In this document: one piece after another, positions 11,998 through 22,534 of the stretch
Numbering within the stretch: position 1 is the stretch's first letter
How the letters are laid out: the number at the start of each line of letters is the position of its first letter
Assembly (NCBI GenBank): GCA_950097015.1
Contig: CATNEN010000037.1
Location: 3,348,001-3,412,000, forward strand
Source of the DNA: Macrostomum hystrix
Lineage: Eukaryota; Animalia; Platyhelminthes
DNA length: 64,000 bases
Direction of reading: 5' to 3'
Program-made: the position numbers and the translations under genes
Notes under the pieces: generated by a model
Told to the model about the DNA's origin: nothing
What the model saw: the letters and a program-made list of their open reading frames with translations, nothing else
The model's database searches: none

Positions 11998-13758
11998 TTT
12001 AAACAGTGAGGTAAATTCCACATAGTCCACCGCATAATAAGGTTTCTTAAACCCAGGTCGGTCGGCAGTCTCTAGCACACCATGATCGTCTCGGTGTCCC
12101 CTGAGAGCAGAGCCACTCCTTCCACAGACTAGGATGGCACGCACAATGGAGCTGAGGATATGCCTGTTCTTTGCAATCTGCTCCTGCCTCTGTGTTGCCA
12201 ATCGACTGTCAATGTGCTGTTCTGGCACCATTCGCTTGAACTCCTGTGCTCTCAGTACATTGTCTTTGTGGTAGTTGGTATGCTCGTGAGCGCAGAGATA
12301 GCCATCTGCTCCCAAGAGTCTTGCGTACTTTTGCAACGGCTCATGAACTAGTCTTCCCAATTGGTGACCTTGTTGCCCTTGCTGAGTACCAAATAGCACA
12401 CAAACTTTGCAGAACAAGCCACTCTTTACATGTGAGTATGCTAACCAGGGTTTGTCGGCTAGATGACTGTGCCTCAGGAATCTCTTTTCTATTTTGCCCT
12501 TTGTCTTTCGCTCTTCAAATGGCATTGGGTAGGAACTGGGGGGCTCCCACGTTTGCGTCAGGAAGGCTATCTTAGTGGCACTGTCAGCAGCAGGATCGAA
12601 TAGACCTATGTCAAAGTCAGACAACTTGCTCACTTGTACTTCATTGGCTTCTCTGGTATCTCCATTGAACTCGGCATCGCATTCAGAGGTGCCGGCTTCA
12701 GCTTCGTCTGAATTACGAGTACAAGTTGTAGCAAATTGTTCCGAAACAGCAACAGCAGAAGAACTAGGTCTCTCAGCAGTGGCAGCAGCAGCAGGAGCAG
12801 CAGAAGAAGAAATGAATCGGATCTCAGCAGCAGTAGAAGCAGCAGATAACTTTGCAGCAGCAGTGGCAGGACCAGGTGGTGTAACAAAAAAGTGCGTTAG
12901 CAATTTTTGTCGCTTTGCGTCACGCTCTAATGGAGAAGATGCTCGCTTCATTCTTCGTGATTGTGCATCATATGTTAAGACTTGCCAAATGGATTTTACG
13001 GACTTCAAGTTCAATTGGTGTTGAGTGTAGACAGATAGCCGGGACTGGCTCAAACTATTTGTCCTTTGTAGCAGGCTGTTAAGCTTTCGCTGGTTTTCGC
13101 AAGACGCATTGACGCAATGTACATTGCTCTCAAGTCTGAACCCCAAAATGGGGGAGGAAAAGCCTTTCAACCCCTTTTCATTCCATTCCCCCACCCCAAG
13201 TCTCTCTCAGAGTCTCAGTGTCTCTCTCACCCACAGACCAAGAAATATAACTAGACTGCGCATGAGGGTAAAAAAAGTTGTGCCTTTTTCCTAGTAGGAA
13301 AAGTGGCACCCCAGCGCCCACTCCCCCACGATCGATAATTGTGCCCGGGCCTTTCTTCTTACCCTCAGCCAACTCAGCTTGTCGGGGTCTCTTTTTTTTC
13401 CACTGTCATTTGGTCAAAAACAAGCCCAAGCAAGAAATGCGGGATGCGCAGTCTAGTTATATTTCTTTTCTTGGTCTGTGCTCTCACCCTACTCTTACTA
13501 TCATAACTTAACTTAGCTTCTCTCTTGCCAATGGTTTGGCTAGAAATAAATAAAACCGAACCGACAATGTTCCATGGGATGCAATTCCATTCCAAGGAAA
13601 AGCAGACAGACCATAGAAGCAATGGAAATATAATGAAGAACTTGGACTTTGTGGGTTGAGGAGCCCAAAATTAAAATATCTCCCTTCCATGCAAGTCCAG
13701 CCACGGCGAAAGTGGGGGGGGGCGGCCGCCCCCCCGCCCCCCCCTGGATCCGCCACTG
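11998..13758 (-). mobile_element. 5' part of a hAT-family element: TIR at 13758, plus truncated ZMYM1/THAP12(DUF4371)-like transposase ORF (likely ATG 12951, stop 11995)
   Basis: Minus strand starts CAGTGGCGGATCCAGGGGGGG, a typical hAT TIR. ORF contains PWLAYS..SGLFCKVCVLF...HE...YH (TTF-type Zn finger) and NRHILSSIVRAILVCGRSGSALRGHRD, but stops before the DDE core. Confidence 0.8.
13232..13480. mobile_element. 249-bp MITE with about 30-bp TIRs and an 8-bp TSD (CTCTCACC)
   Basis: CACAGACCAAGAAATATAACTAGACTGCGCAT at 13232 and ATGCGCAGTCTAGTTATATTTC[TTTTC]TTGGTCTGTG ending at 13480. CTCTCACC lies at 13224-13231 and 13481-13488. Confidence 0.85.
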
Positions 13759-13929
13759 TTTAAACAGTGTGGTAAATTCCGCATAGTTCACCGCATAATA
13801 ATGTTTGTTAAACAGTGCAGTTTTTTAACATGTTATAAACAGTGCGGTAAAATGTCACTAACGTTCATTTGCACAGTGCTGCATTAATTCTGCACTTGTG
13901 ATTGTTCCTGCCATATAGGCGGCCCATGC

Positions 13930-15010
13930 AGACTGAAGCTGGACATAATGTTGTCATATCCTGGCTTGGTTGCTGCATGAAGCAGGCAATTGTGCCATCT
14001 GGCGAATTTGCAGCTCCAAAATTTGGGCCTGCTCTGCCAGCACACCAATCAATGTAAAGCTGGTTAAGGTTTCCTTCACTTTCTTCTTTGCCTCAGACTT
14101 GCACATTGTGGCACAGCAAAAACACAATCCAGTCAATTTCCTTCTCAAGACACTTCCTCCTATGTGCATAATCAGCAGCAGATTGACTAGCCAGCTGAGT
14201 TAATTGGCTACTTCCCTTCACTGTGCAGCTTAAAGCATGCCTCCCGGTGGTAGAGAGATGACTCACGCTTGTTGAAGGACTCTTTGGCCTTCTTCCAGTT
14301 GTTGAACCCATTCTGTATAAAGGCATGGTCTTTGCTCTTGCTCATGGTTAATTTTTTTGCTGCTCCTTTTGTCTGCAAATGTGACAGAACACTTCCAGTT
14401 GTCATGCATACACTAAGCCAGCTATTCTGACTGTACTATTCTATGCTGACTGCGCAAGAGCAGCCACCTTGAATACAAGCCCCTTTTTCAGAGTGTCCAT
14501 GTCACGTGGCTGGTGTGGCTCATCCAATGTGCAGCATAGAAAGTAGCAGGACAAGCCAGGGTGAGATGCAACTGAACCTGATAAATGAGAAAAAGGAGTA
14601 CCACTGCTACACACTGACATTATGATATAGCCAAAGAAAATGAAGACTAAGAAGTGTAGTGAATCCACAGTTCTTTATCTTCCTTACCAAAATTCTCTGA
14701 AAGCTTTTTAGTAGCAGTAGAAGAAGCACCTGCAGTTGTTTGCTGTTCAGTTGGTTGCACTTGCTCTTGCAGTTAAGTAGGCATGGCAGTAATGGGTTTT
14801 AGCAAACAGTGAAGGTACATCAGCACCTAGAGGTTCAGCAGGCAGTGTAGGTACATAAGCACCTAGAGGTTCAGCAGGCAGTGTAGGTACATAAGCACCT
14901 AGAGGTTCAGCAGGCAGTGTAGGTACATCAGCACCTAGAGGTTCAGCAGGCAATGCAGGTACATCAGCACCTAGAGGTTTAGCAGGCACATTAGCACATG
15001 GGGTCAAGGA
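13930..15010 (-). pseudogene. Second, distinct hAT/ZMYM1-like transposase relic with internal stops
   Basis: EPHQPR..., AFIQNGFNNWKKAKESFNKRES..HREAC, INSQL...RRKCLEK..IVFL, and EESEGNLNQL motifs of the TTF-Zn/DUF4371 N-terminus. Confidence 0.65.
14815..14990. repeat. 36-bp tandem repeat (about 5 copies; encodes PAEPLGAYVPTL on the minus strand) in the N-terminal part of the hAT relic
   Basis: GGTACAT(C/A)AGCACCTAGAGGTTCAGCAGGCAGTGTA units read directly. Confidence 0.9.
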
Positions 15011-15586
15011 TGTAGGTGCCTGCAGTTCATTTAAATTGGATTTTGTCTTTCAAAAAGTTTTGTATATCTCTATTAGATAGATAGACACACAGGAGCTAAT
15101 GAGTTCTCTTATGCACATGCACATGTGAAACATACTGGAGGGGCAGGCAGCTGTGGCCTAGGAGCTGAGCCCCAGCGCCTGCAAGTCAGCCAAAAAATGG
15201 TTTTACATCTCTATTGATCTTTTGCATTGTTTCTGATTGCTATTGTATGAGAAAAACACACTCATATTATAATATAAATAAGAATATCAGAGCTATATTA
15301 ATTATTAAATTATATGCCTCCTCATCGCTATTATCATTTCAGAACTTAAAAAAATTCTGATGCTTTGATTATTAAGTTATAAATATAGCTAATCGAAGAG
15401 ATAATATTTTGTAATATATTTTAATATTTAGAATTAGCTAGAACTAATTCTTAAATACTTTAGTTCACTTGCCCATGATAGTTTAAATCAATTTTGCCAT
15501 AATTTCAGATGTATCAATTTTTTTTCTTACAACTTCCTTACATTACATTCCACAATGCTACTTCAGCTGACAGTTAAGGCTCAATA

Positions 15587-17238
15587 ATGACAGAGCGCAA
15601 GGTGATAAATAAGTACTATCCGCCGGATTATGATCCGTCCCGGATACCTAAACTGCCGCGCGACAAGAATAAGAATCGCAAGAACAAAACGTTCAGCATT
15701 CGCACCATGGCGCCATGCAATATGCGCTGCGCCTCCTGCGGCGAGTACATCTACAAGGCTAGAAAGTTCAATTCTAGGATGGAGATTGCCGAGGGCGAGA
15801 CCTACTTGGGCCTGAGAATCTACCGGTTTTATATCCGCTGCCCGGCCTGCTGCTCCGAGATCACCTGGAAGACGGACCTAGAGAATGGCGACTATACAAT
15901 CGAGCATGGGGCCAAGAGAAACTTTGAGGTTGGTTGAAAATTATATAAAACTTAAGAAATTTTGTCTCCAATTGTCTCAAATTATATCCAATTGAGGAAA
16001 TTTTGTCTCCCCAGAGAATCGACTCCAGTCTCCACTGAGAATCGACTCTAATCACCCCAGAGAGTCAACTCCAATCTCCCCAGAGAGTAAACTCCAATCT
16101 CCCCAGAGAATCGACTCCAGTCTCCACTGAGAATCGGCTCCAATCTCCCCAGAGAATCGACTCCAGTCTCCACCGAGAATCGACTCCGATCTCCACAGAG
16201 AATCGACTCCAATCTCCACTGAGAATCGACTCCAATCTCCACTGAGAATCGACTCCAATCTCCCCTGAGAATCGACTCCAATCTCCACAGAGAATCGACT
16301 CCAATCTCCACAGAGAATCGACTCCATTCTCCACAGAGAATCGACTCCAATCTCCACAGAGAATCGACTCCATTCTCCACAGAGAATCGACTCCAATCTC
16401 CACTGAGAATCGACTCCAATCTCCACAGAGAATCGACTCCAATCTCCCCTGAGAATCGACTCCAATCTCCACAGAGAATCGACTCCATTCTCCACAGAGA
16501 ATCGACTCCAATCTCCCCTGAGAATCGACGCCAGTCTCCACTGAGAATCGACTCCAATCTCCCCTGAGAATCGACTCCAATCTCCACAGAGAATCGACTC
16601 CAATCTCCACAGAGAATCGACTCCATTCTCCACAGAGAATCGACTCCAATCTCCCTGGAGAATCGAATCCAATCTCCACAGAGAATAGACTCCAATCTCC
16701 CTGGAGAATCGATTTTTAGTTGCATTTCCACCGCTTTTTGACTAGTTTTGCAATTGTCCCACAGGCCCTACGCACCGCGGAGATGCTCGAACGGAAACGC
16801 CTTGAAGCCGAGGAGGCCGAGGACGCCAAGGACCCGATGAAACAGCTGGAGAAGCGAACTAGCCAGTCTAAGCGCGAAATGGAAAGCCTGGAAGCTCTGC
16901 AGGACATGAAGGAATTGAACAAGCGCAACGCCGGCACGGAGCTGGTTGACACGGTCATCCGGGATGTGGAGTCGCGCCGGGCCGCCGAAGAGCAAGAGGT
17001 GGAAGATGAGGACACCAGGCTGGCTAGGGAGCTCATGCTAAGTGCTAAGAGGCCGAAACTCAGCGCCGGCCCGTCTGTCTCATCGTCGGCTTCGTCGAGC
17101 GGCGTCGCCGGTCCGTCGTCTGCTTCGTCGACATCCGGCGTTAAATCGACGCCTACAGCTTCGTCGTCGGCATCTGCGTCCTCGATTCGAGACCTATTGA
17201 AAGGCTCGGTGCGCGTGAAGCTAGGCAAGAAGAGCTGA
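15587..17238 (+). CDS. YJU2: Splicing factor YJU2 (CCDC94/Cwc16), 2 exons: 15587-15928 and 16765-17238, about 271 aa
   Basis: [17 protein letters not shown]...[22 protein letters not shown]...[39 protein letters not shown]|AL...[19 protein letters not shown]. Phase-0 GT-AG intron. Confidence 0.95.
16005..16715. repeat. 23-bp minisatellite (TCTCCACAGAGAATCGACTCCAA)n filling the YJU2 intron
   Basis: Direct reading, about 30 copies. Confidence 0.96.
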
Positions 17239-17963
17239 AACTGGGCCTCCGATTTATCTGAATTAATTATTTACAACTATTTGCTTATTTGAAATGGACG
17301 CCCCTTTGACCTTTGTATCCTCAAGTCACTATTCACGCGTCCATTTTTAAGGTGTATAATTTTGGCTTGCTTCTGCTATACTTACTACTACTACTAGAAT
17401 GTTGGGCAATAGTAGGTACTGTCAGGCTGGAGTACATAAACTGTGATTGTCAATTGTTGATTGTGTGTAGACCTGTGTTTTTTGGAATTATGACAAGCAT
17501 TGCTCTCAAACTAACATAAAAAATTAATGAGACACTGAAGCCTGTGTTAATAGGCAATACTTATCATCGTACTTGCACAAATTGATAACCAAAAGTTTAC
17601 TTTTTACTTAATTTCAATTGCTATTTGAAATTGCCAATATGAAGCTTGTAATCCAATCGTTGGAGCTTCGGACTTTTAATCGAGACGTACGTCTGGGGTT
17701 CGAATCCGAGCCCCGAAGTAACATTAGATTTTTTACATTTGACTTCCTTCGCAAGCTCTTCGCTTCGCAATCTAATTTCACAAATGAGACCAATTAGCTG
17801 CTTCGTGAGGCCCAATTCATGTGCTTACAACTCGAACATATTTTCAGTTCAAAGTGGGAATGTACTCAAAAAAGTGTTATACGAGTATTGTCAATAATTA
17901 GTTTACAATCATGGCCTTAAATTTCTGACATTATTGACAAAATACGAGCTAGCTTTGGCTCAT

Positions 17964-19034
17964 TCAAACTGTGCTCTCGTACATGACACAGATCAAAGTT
18001 AAGTGCTTATGCTTCTCATGACACTCGGTTGTCATAGCAACAGACTCCACCGGTGCCACAGATTTATCGCTTAGCTGGTGTGGCCGCTGCCGCCGCTGGC
18101 GTCTGTCTTGAAGCCGTTGCCGCGCCGCCGCCAGGCCGGTTGTGCAGGCCAGCAGCGCGAAGTTGAACAGAGAGTCCAGCTCGACCAGCGTGTTCACCAC
18201 CAGCTCCGTGACTGGAGTCTTGCTGCGAACGAAGCCACACACATCTGTGGGGCTCTCCAGCAGGAGGCAGCTGACGGACAGAGCCACCACTAGGCGCACC
18301 GCTTGCCTTTCGCGTCGAAGCATGTGACTCTGACGTCGGTGGTTCGAATCTCCGCGGCCGTTGGCGGCCGAGGCGGGCGCCATCGGGGCGGAGGCTGAGG
18401 CGGCTCGCGGTCTGGTGATGGCGGCTTTGTGCAGAGCGCACACGGTGAGGCAGGTGGCCGTAAACACGGACGCAATGGGCAACACGCCCTGATAGGTGTA
18501 GAATGCGATCTCAACCGCTTGTTCGTATCGCATCGGTGCTTGGCGTGCCGCAGACTCCTGGGCCAGCACCATCAGTATGCTGAGACAGAGGGCCACCAAG
18601 CCTGCCGCAGTTTCCATAGCAACCAAATGCGTCAATTTGAAAGCCGAGCCAGCGCGAACGGCCAGCGGGCAGAAGACGGCTTCGACGCGTGACCAGGAGA
18701 TGAAGGCCATTGTCCAGTTGCGCATGGTCAGGGAGAAGCGCAGTAGGACAGACAGGGCAGTTGCTCCAGGGCCCTGCTGCGAGGATCTGGCGAGGTGTCG
18801 CGCGTAGAAGATGATGACGGAGGCGTGGAAGAGGGCCTCAAAGACGGACATTGCTGCCAGCAGGCGCCGAAGCACCGGGTGCACCGGGGCGCTGGGCCTG
18901 GCGAAGACCGCCAACGCAATGATGGAACAGAGGACATTGACGCCGGAGAGTGGAATGTAAGTGAGCGGCTCAAACGGGTGGACGGCGCCAGTCGTTGCTG
19001 AAGTGGAGCCGTTGCGTCCCACGGTAGTTGCCAT
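17964..19034 (-). CDS. Intronless rhodopsin-like (class A) 7TM GPCR, orphan/peptide-receptor-like, 356 aa
   Basis: Seven hydrophobic segments, N-glycosylation site NGS near the N-terminus, TM3 MRNWTMAFISWSRVEAVFCPL (DRY replaced by SRV), TM6 CLLLESP, TM7 LDSLFNF. Confidence 0.8.
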   Translation of the reverse strand: MATTVGRNGSTSATTGAVHPFEPLTYIPLSGVNVLCSIIALAVFARPSAPVHPVLRRLLAAMSVFEALFHASVIIFYARHLARSSQQGPGATALSVLLRFSLTMRNWTMAFISWSRVEAVFCPLAVRAGSAFKLTHLVAMETAAGLVALCLSILMVLAQESAARQAPMRYEQAVEIAFYTYQGVLPIASVFTATCLTVCALHKAAITRPRAASASAPMAPASAANGRGDSNHRRQSHMLRRERQAVRLVVALSVSCLLLESPTDVCGFVRSKTPVTELVVNTLVELDSLFNFALLACTTGLAAARQRLQDRRQRRQRPHQLSDKSVAPVESVAMTTECHEKHKHLTLICVMYESTV

Positions 19035-20741
19035 TACAACGTAAAATATATTATTTGCTTCCGGAAGACGATAGAAAAATCACGAGTCTCGCACGGCTAT
19101 AACTTATATTCGCGTGAAATTTCATTTGACCTACCAGGCAGCCAATGCTCGGAGACCGAGTCGAACTGTCAGCCGACCAATCTAATAGATTACAGATGAG
19201 GCTAAGAGGCTGCGCCGGAGCAGGCCCAGGGGAAGACTGGAAGAGTTCGATGAGGACTGGATGATGCGTACGGCGAATGGGAAAGTTTTGGGAAGTTTTG
19301 CACCGCCTTCGTGTCTTGACGTGTGCTGCATATTCGTGGACGCAGCTAATACACCGGCGTGGGAAAAGAGCGAGATGAAAGTGACAGTAAACTTTTCGCA
19401 CTCAATATCAGGTTTAGCTAACTGACAACTGGAGCCTCGCTTTTGGAATGCAATGAATTATTTCCACGATAGAAATTTGCTGTAGTTGATTGATTCGTTT
19501 ATTTTTTTGCTGCCGATAGGTGTCCTTGCACTGGGAAATCCAATGTACTTTCTGTGTTGACTACGTGTACCAGTAGTGGTCTACTGTGTTGTTACTTTCT
19601 GATAGAAAACACGTATATAGAAAAAAAAAGTATTAAAAAAATATTAATTCGTTAGTGCAAACTCGCGTTGTGACTACATTGTACTTTGCATTCCCATTGG
19701 GACAGACAGAAAAGAAGGCAAATTTTGCAAATGCTCGTAAGAGCAGTAGAAATTTGCATACTCTCCAGCTTCGTACCGTATACAATTTCGGTCGTTTCAT
19801 TTTTTTTCGAGTACTGTTCGGGAATCCGCTTCTGGTGATTCTGTCTGGCTCATTAGTACGGCTATCGTTTTTGGCTTTGTCCGTCTGTCTATACACATTC
19901 CGATGTTCACAACCAGATTCAAGAGGTAAGAGCTAGCAGGCTACAAGCACCGGATGCATCAGCTTCTCTCCACTCAATGCCCACCCTGTGTGAGCGCGAC
20001 ACGTGCCTCGTCAGTAGCCCTGCCAAGTCGACGCAATGCAATCCGTCTATAGTGGCGACGACCAGTCGAGGTGTTAGTTTTCGAGTCGCGGACAAGTATA
20101 GCGAAAATTACTCCTACTACACTTCTACACACAAAAACGACGCTGGAGTGGTTTATCGCGAGCACTTCCCAATCGCTCAACCTATAGAGCTTTGATAAAA
20201 GCTCTGCCGAAGAACGAACGAACCGTGCGAGCTGCGGAGTCGCGAGTCAGTTCATAAGTGCATATTTCGGTGTCTGTCTTGAGTATCTGGCCCAGTCGTG
20301 CTTTGCTAATCCCAAGGCCAACCAGATTTAGATTGGAAGATTCATGATCAGACGAGGGAACTTTGTAGTGCAGTCGATTCGTCCCAAGCGTAGCGGCTCA
20401 AATTTTCTATAGCTTAATTTGGGTCCGTGCATCTGGCTGTTCAATTGCACGAAAACGTAGAAAAAATGCCGCCAGGACTCGAAACTTTATTCTTCAGTTT
20501 TCTTAGGAACGGTTCTTACATGTATGTTGGTCGTTGCCTGAAGACTCGACTAGTACTCCACGGGTCGCTTACACGGCTTACACTAATAGATAGGCTGTCC
20601 TGCTCATAAAGCCAACTTTTTCTTAGCCTTCCTTGCATTATAAACGAGAATAATTTAATTTCGCTAGCACTGAGTACTGGGGCGATAATTGCATCTCGGG
20701 ACAGTGTGGAGAGGCCAAGCGAGCGACGTGTTAAAAGAAGC

Positions 20742-20918
20742 TCAACGACTGGGAAGCCTTAATGCGATCCGCTTGCTTACCGTTCGTTCGAGCCTTTCTA
20801 TCAACTCTTCTGGGAGTTCGATTCTCTCGCCGCTTCTGTGTCGAGTCGCATGCTGCATATGCAGCTCTCGCACACGCACTTTGTCGAGTTTTTTGTCTTC
20901 TGTTTTGTACGAGAATTC
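20742..20918 (-). CDS. Possible terminal exon of an unidentified gene (EFSYKTEDKKLDKVRVRELHMQHATRHRSGERIELPEELIERLERTVSKRIALRLPSR*)
   Basis: Acceptor TCCGTTCTACAG|GAA in frame with a 58-codon charged, helical-looking ORF. Upstream exons not found. Confidence 0.3.
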   Translation of the reverse strand, partial: EFSYKTEDKKLDKVRVRELHMQHATRHRSGERIELPEELIERLERTVSKRIALRLPSR

Positions 20919-21660
20919 CTGTAGAACGGAAATACAAGTGCTTGTCACCTGCGTACTGTGTAATTAATGCGAGAAAACTCACGACTCGTAAAGGCGACTG
21001 CTGCAAAAAGTAATCAAAACTGGGAAGTCAGTCAGTTTTACACAGAGTGATTTGAGTTATTATTGTAGCTCCTTGTACGAGGGAATGAGCTCACAGCCAA
21101 TGGAAAAATGAAAATTCCTAATTTGGGGTGCAGCTTTGGTTACTGATTTCTGCTCCCCCATCGACGTCATGCGTTAAAAACTGCGGGAAGCTACACCCGT
21201 ATGTAGCCTATGCACGAGTATGCTCCTCGTGGCACTGACTCACTTCTCTAATTGAGTACTCTGGATTAGATTGCGCAGATATTTTTTGGCTGAGTGGAAC
21301 ACTTTATCTATGAGCATAGCTTCCAAATTTATGCTATTCCATAAAAGGTTATAAACAGAACAACTAGACAGACATTGCACAGGGAGCTGGCCAGGCCTAT
21401 TTTAACCCTTACAGTAGGAACTGCTCGGGCACAAGTGACGCCCTACCAATTTTGCATTGCCTACCCCCTCACCCAGGGTACATGAGCATGAGGGTGACAG
21501 CATGTACATGGGCGTAAGTAAAGTGTACACTTGTGCATATATTTATACCCTACATTCCTCGTTTGGCAAAAAGGAAACCGAACATTTACACGGTCGACAC
21601 ATAAACATGCCGTGAAAGCCATAATATTTCCAGCCACAGCAACTAACTGCAAGCCACTTG

Positions 21661-22499
21661 ATGCTAGACATGGACATTAACGCGCTAATACTCGCAGCTC
21701 GTTGCGGCAGCTGTGAAAGGCTACAAGCTGGGCTGCGGCAAGCACCGGCCTCTACAAGGCGGCGGAGCCTTCTAAATACTCTCTTGACTACGGCGGCTAA
21801 CTGGGGCCACCTGCCGGCGGTCCGGTTTCTGTTGAGAGCCATCGAAGAATATGACTGGAGTCAAGATGCTGGCAAGCTCGATTCGAACTCTGGCGCCGAT
21901 GTCGTCAATAACTTCTTGTTCGGCGCCACCGCTTTGCACCTTGCAATACGTCATAGACATATTGCCATAGTCGAAGAAATTCTAGCCTTCAACCGCGACC
22001 TGGTCAATGTAGCCGACGATGACGGCGTTACGCCTCTGGCCGAATGTTGTCAGCACCAGGTTGGGCTGGAGCTCACCGACCTGCTACTCCGATGGGGAGC
22101 CGATCCCAACCTGGGCTGTCGTCGCTACCAGCGCCGGCCGCTGCATTGGGCCGCTAGCGCGGGCGACCGGAACCTGACGCAGCGCCTGATTGAGTTTGGC
22201 GCCGATCCTGGCGCGCAGGACTGGCGCAACCGTTCGGCGGCGGACGTGGCCTCGTCAGCCGGGCATCCCCAACTTGAGAGAGAGCTTCGTCGAGCTGAAA
22301 CTGATGGCTGGCTGCAGCGTCGAGGGTGTACATCATGGCAGTGCGTTTTGCTTTTTATAAACCAAATAAAATTGCTGATTTTGTTAATATATCCAGCAAA
22401 ACGTATTTAACTTTCTCTTTCAGGCCAGATGTTGTGACATCCAGTCCACCCGAACGCTTGCCACAACAACAGCAACCATTGACGAGCCAGCTTCCAAGA

Positions 22500-22534
<35 letters not shown>

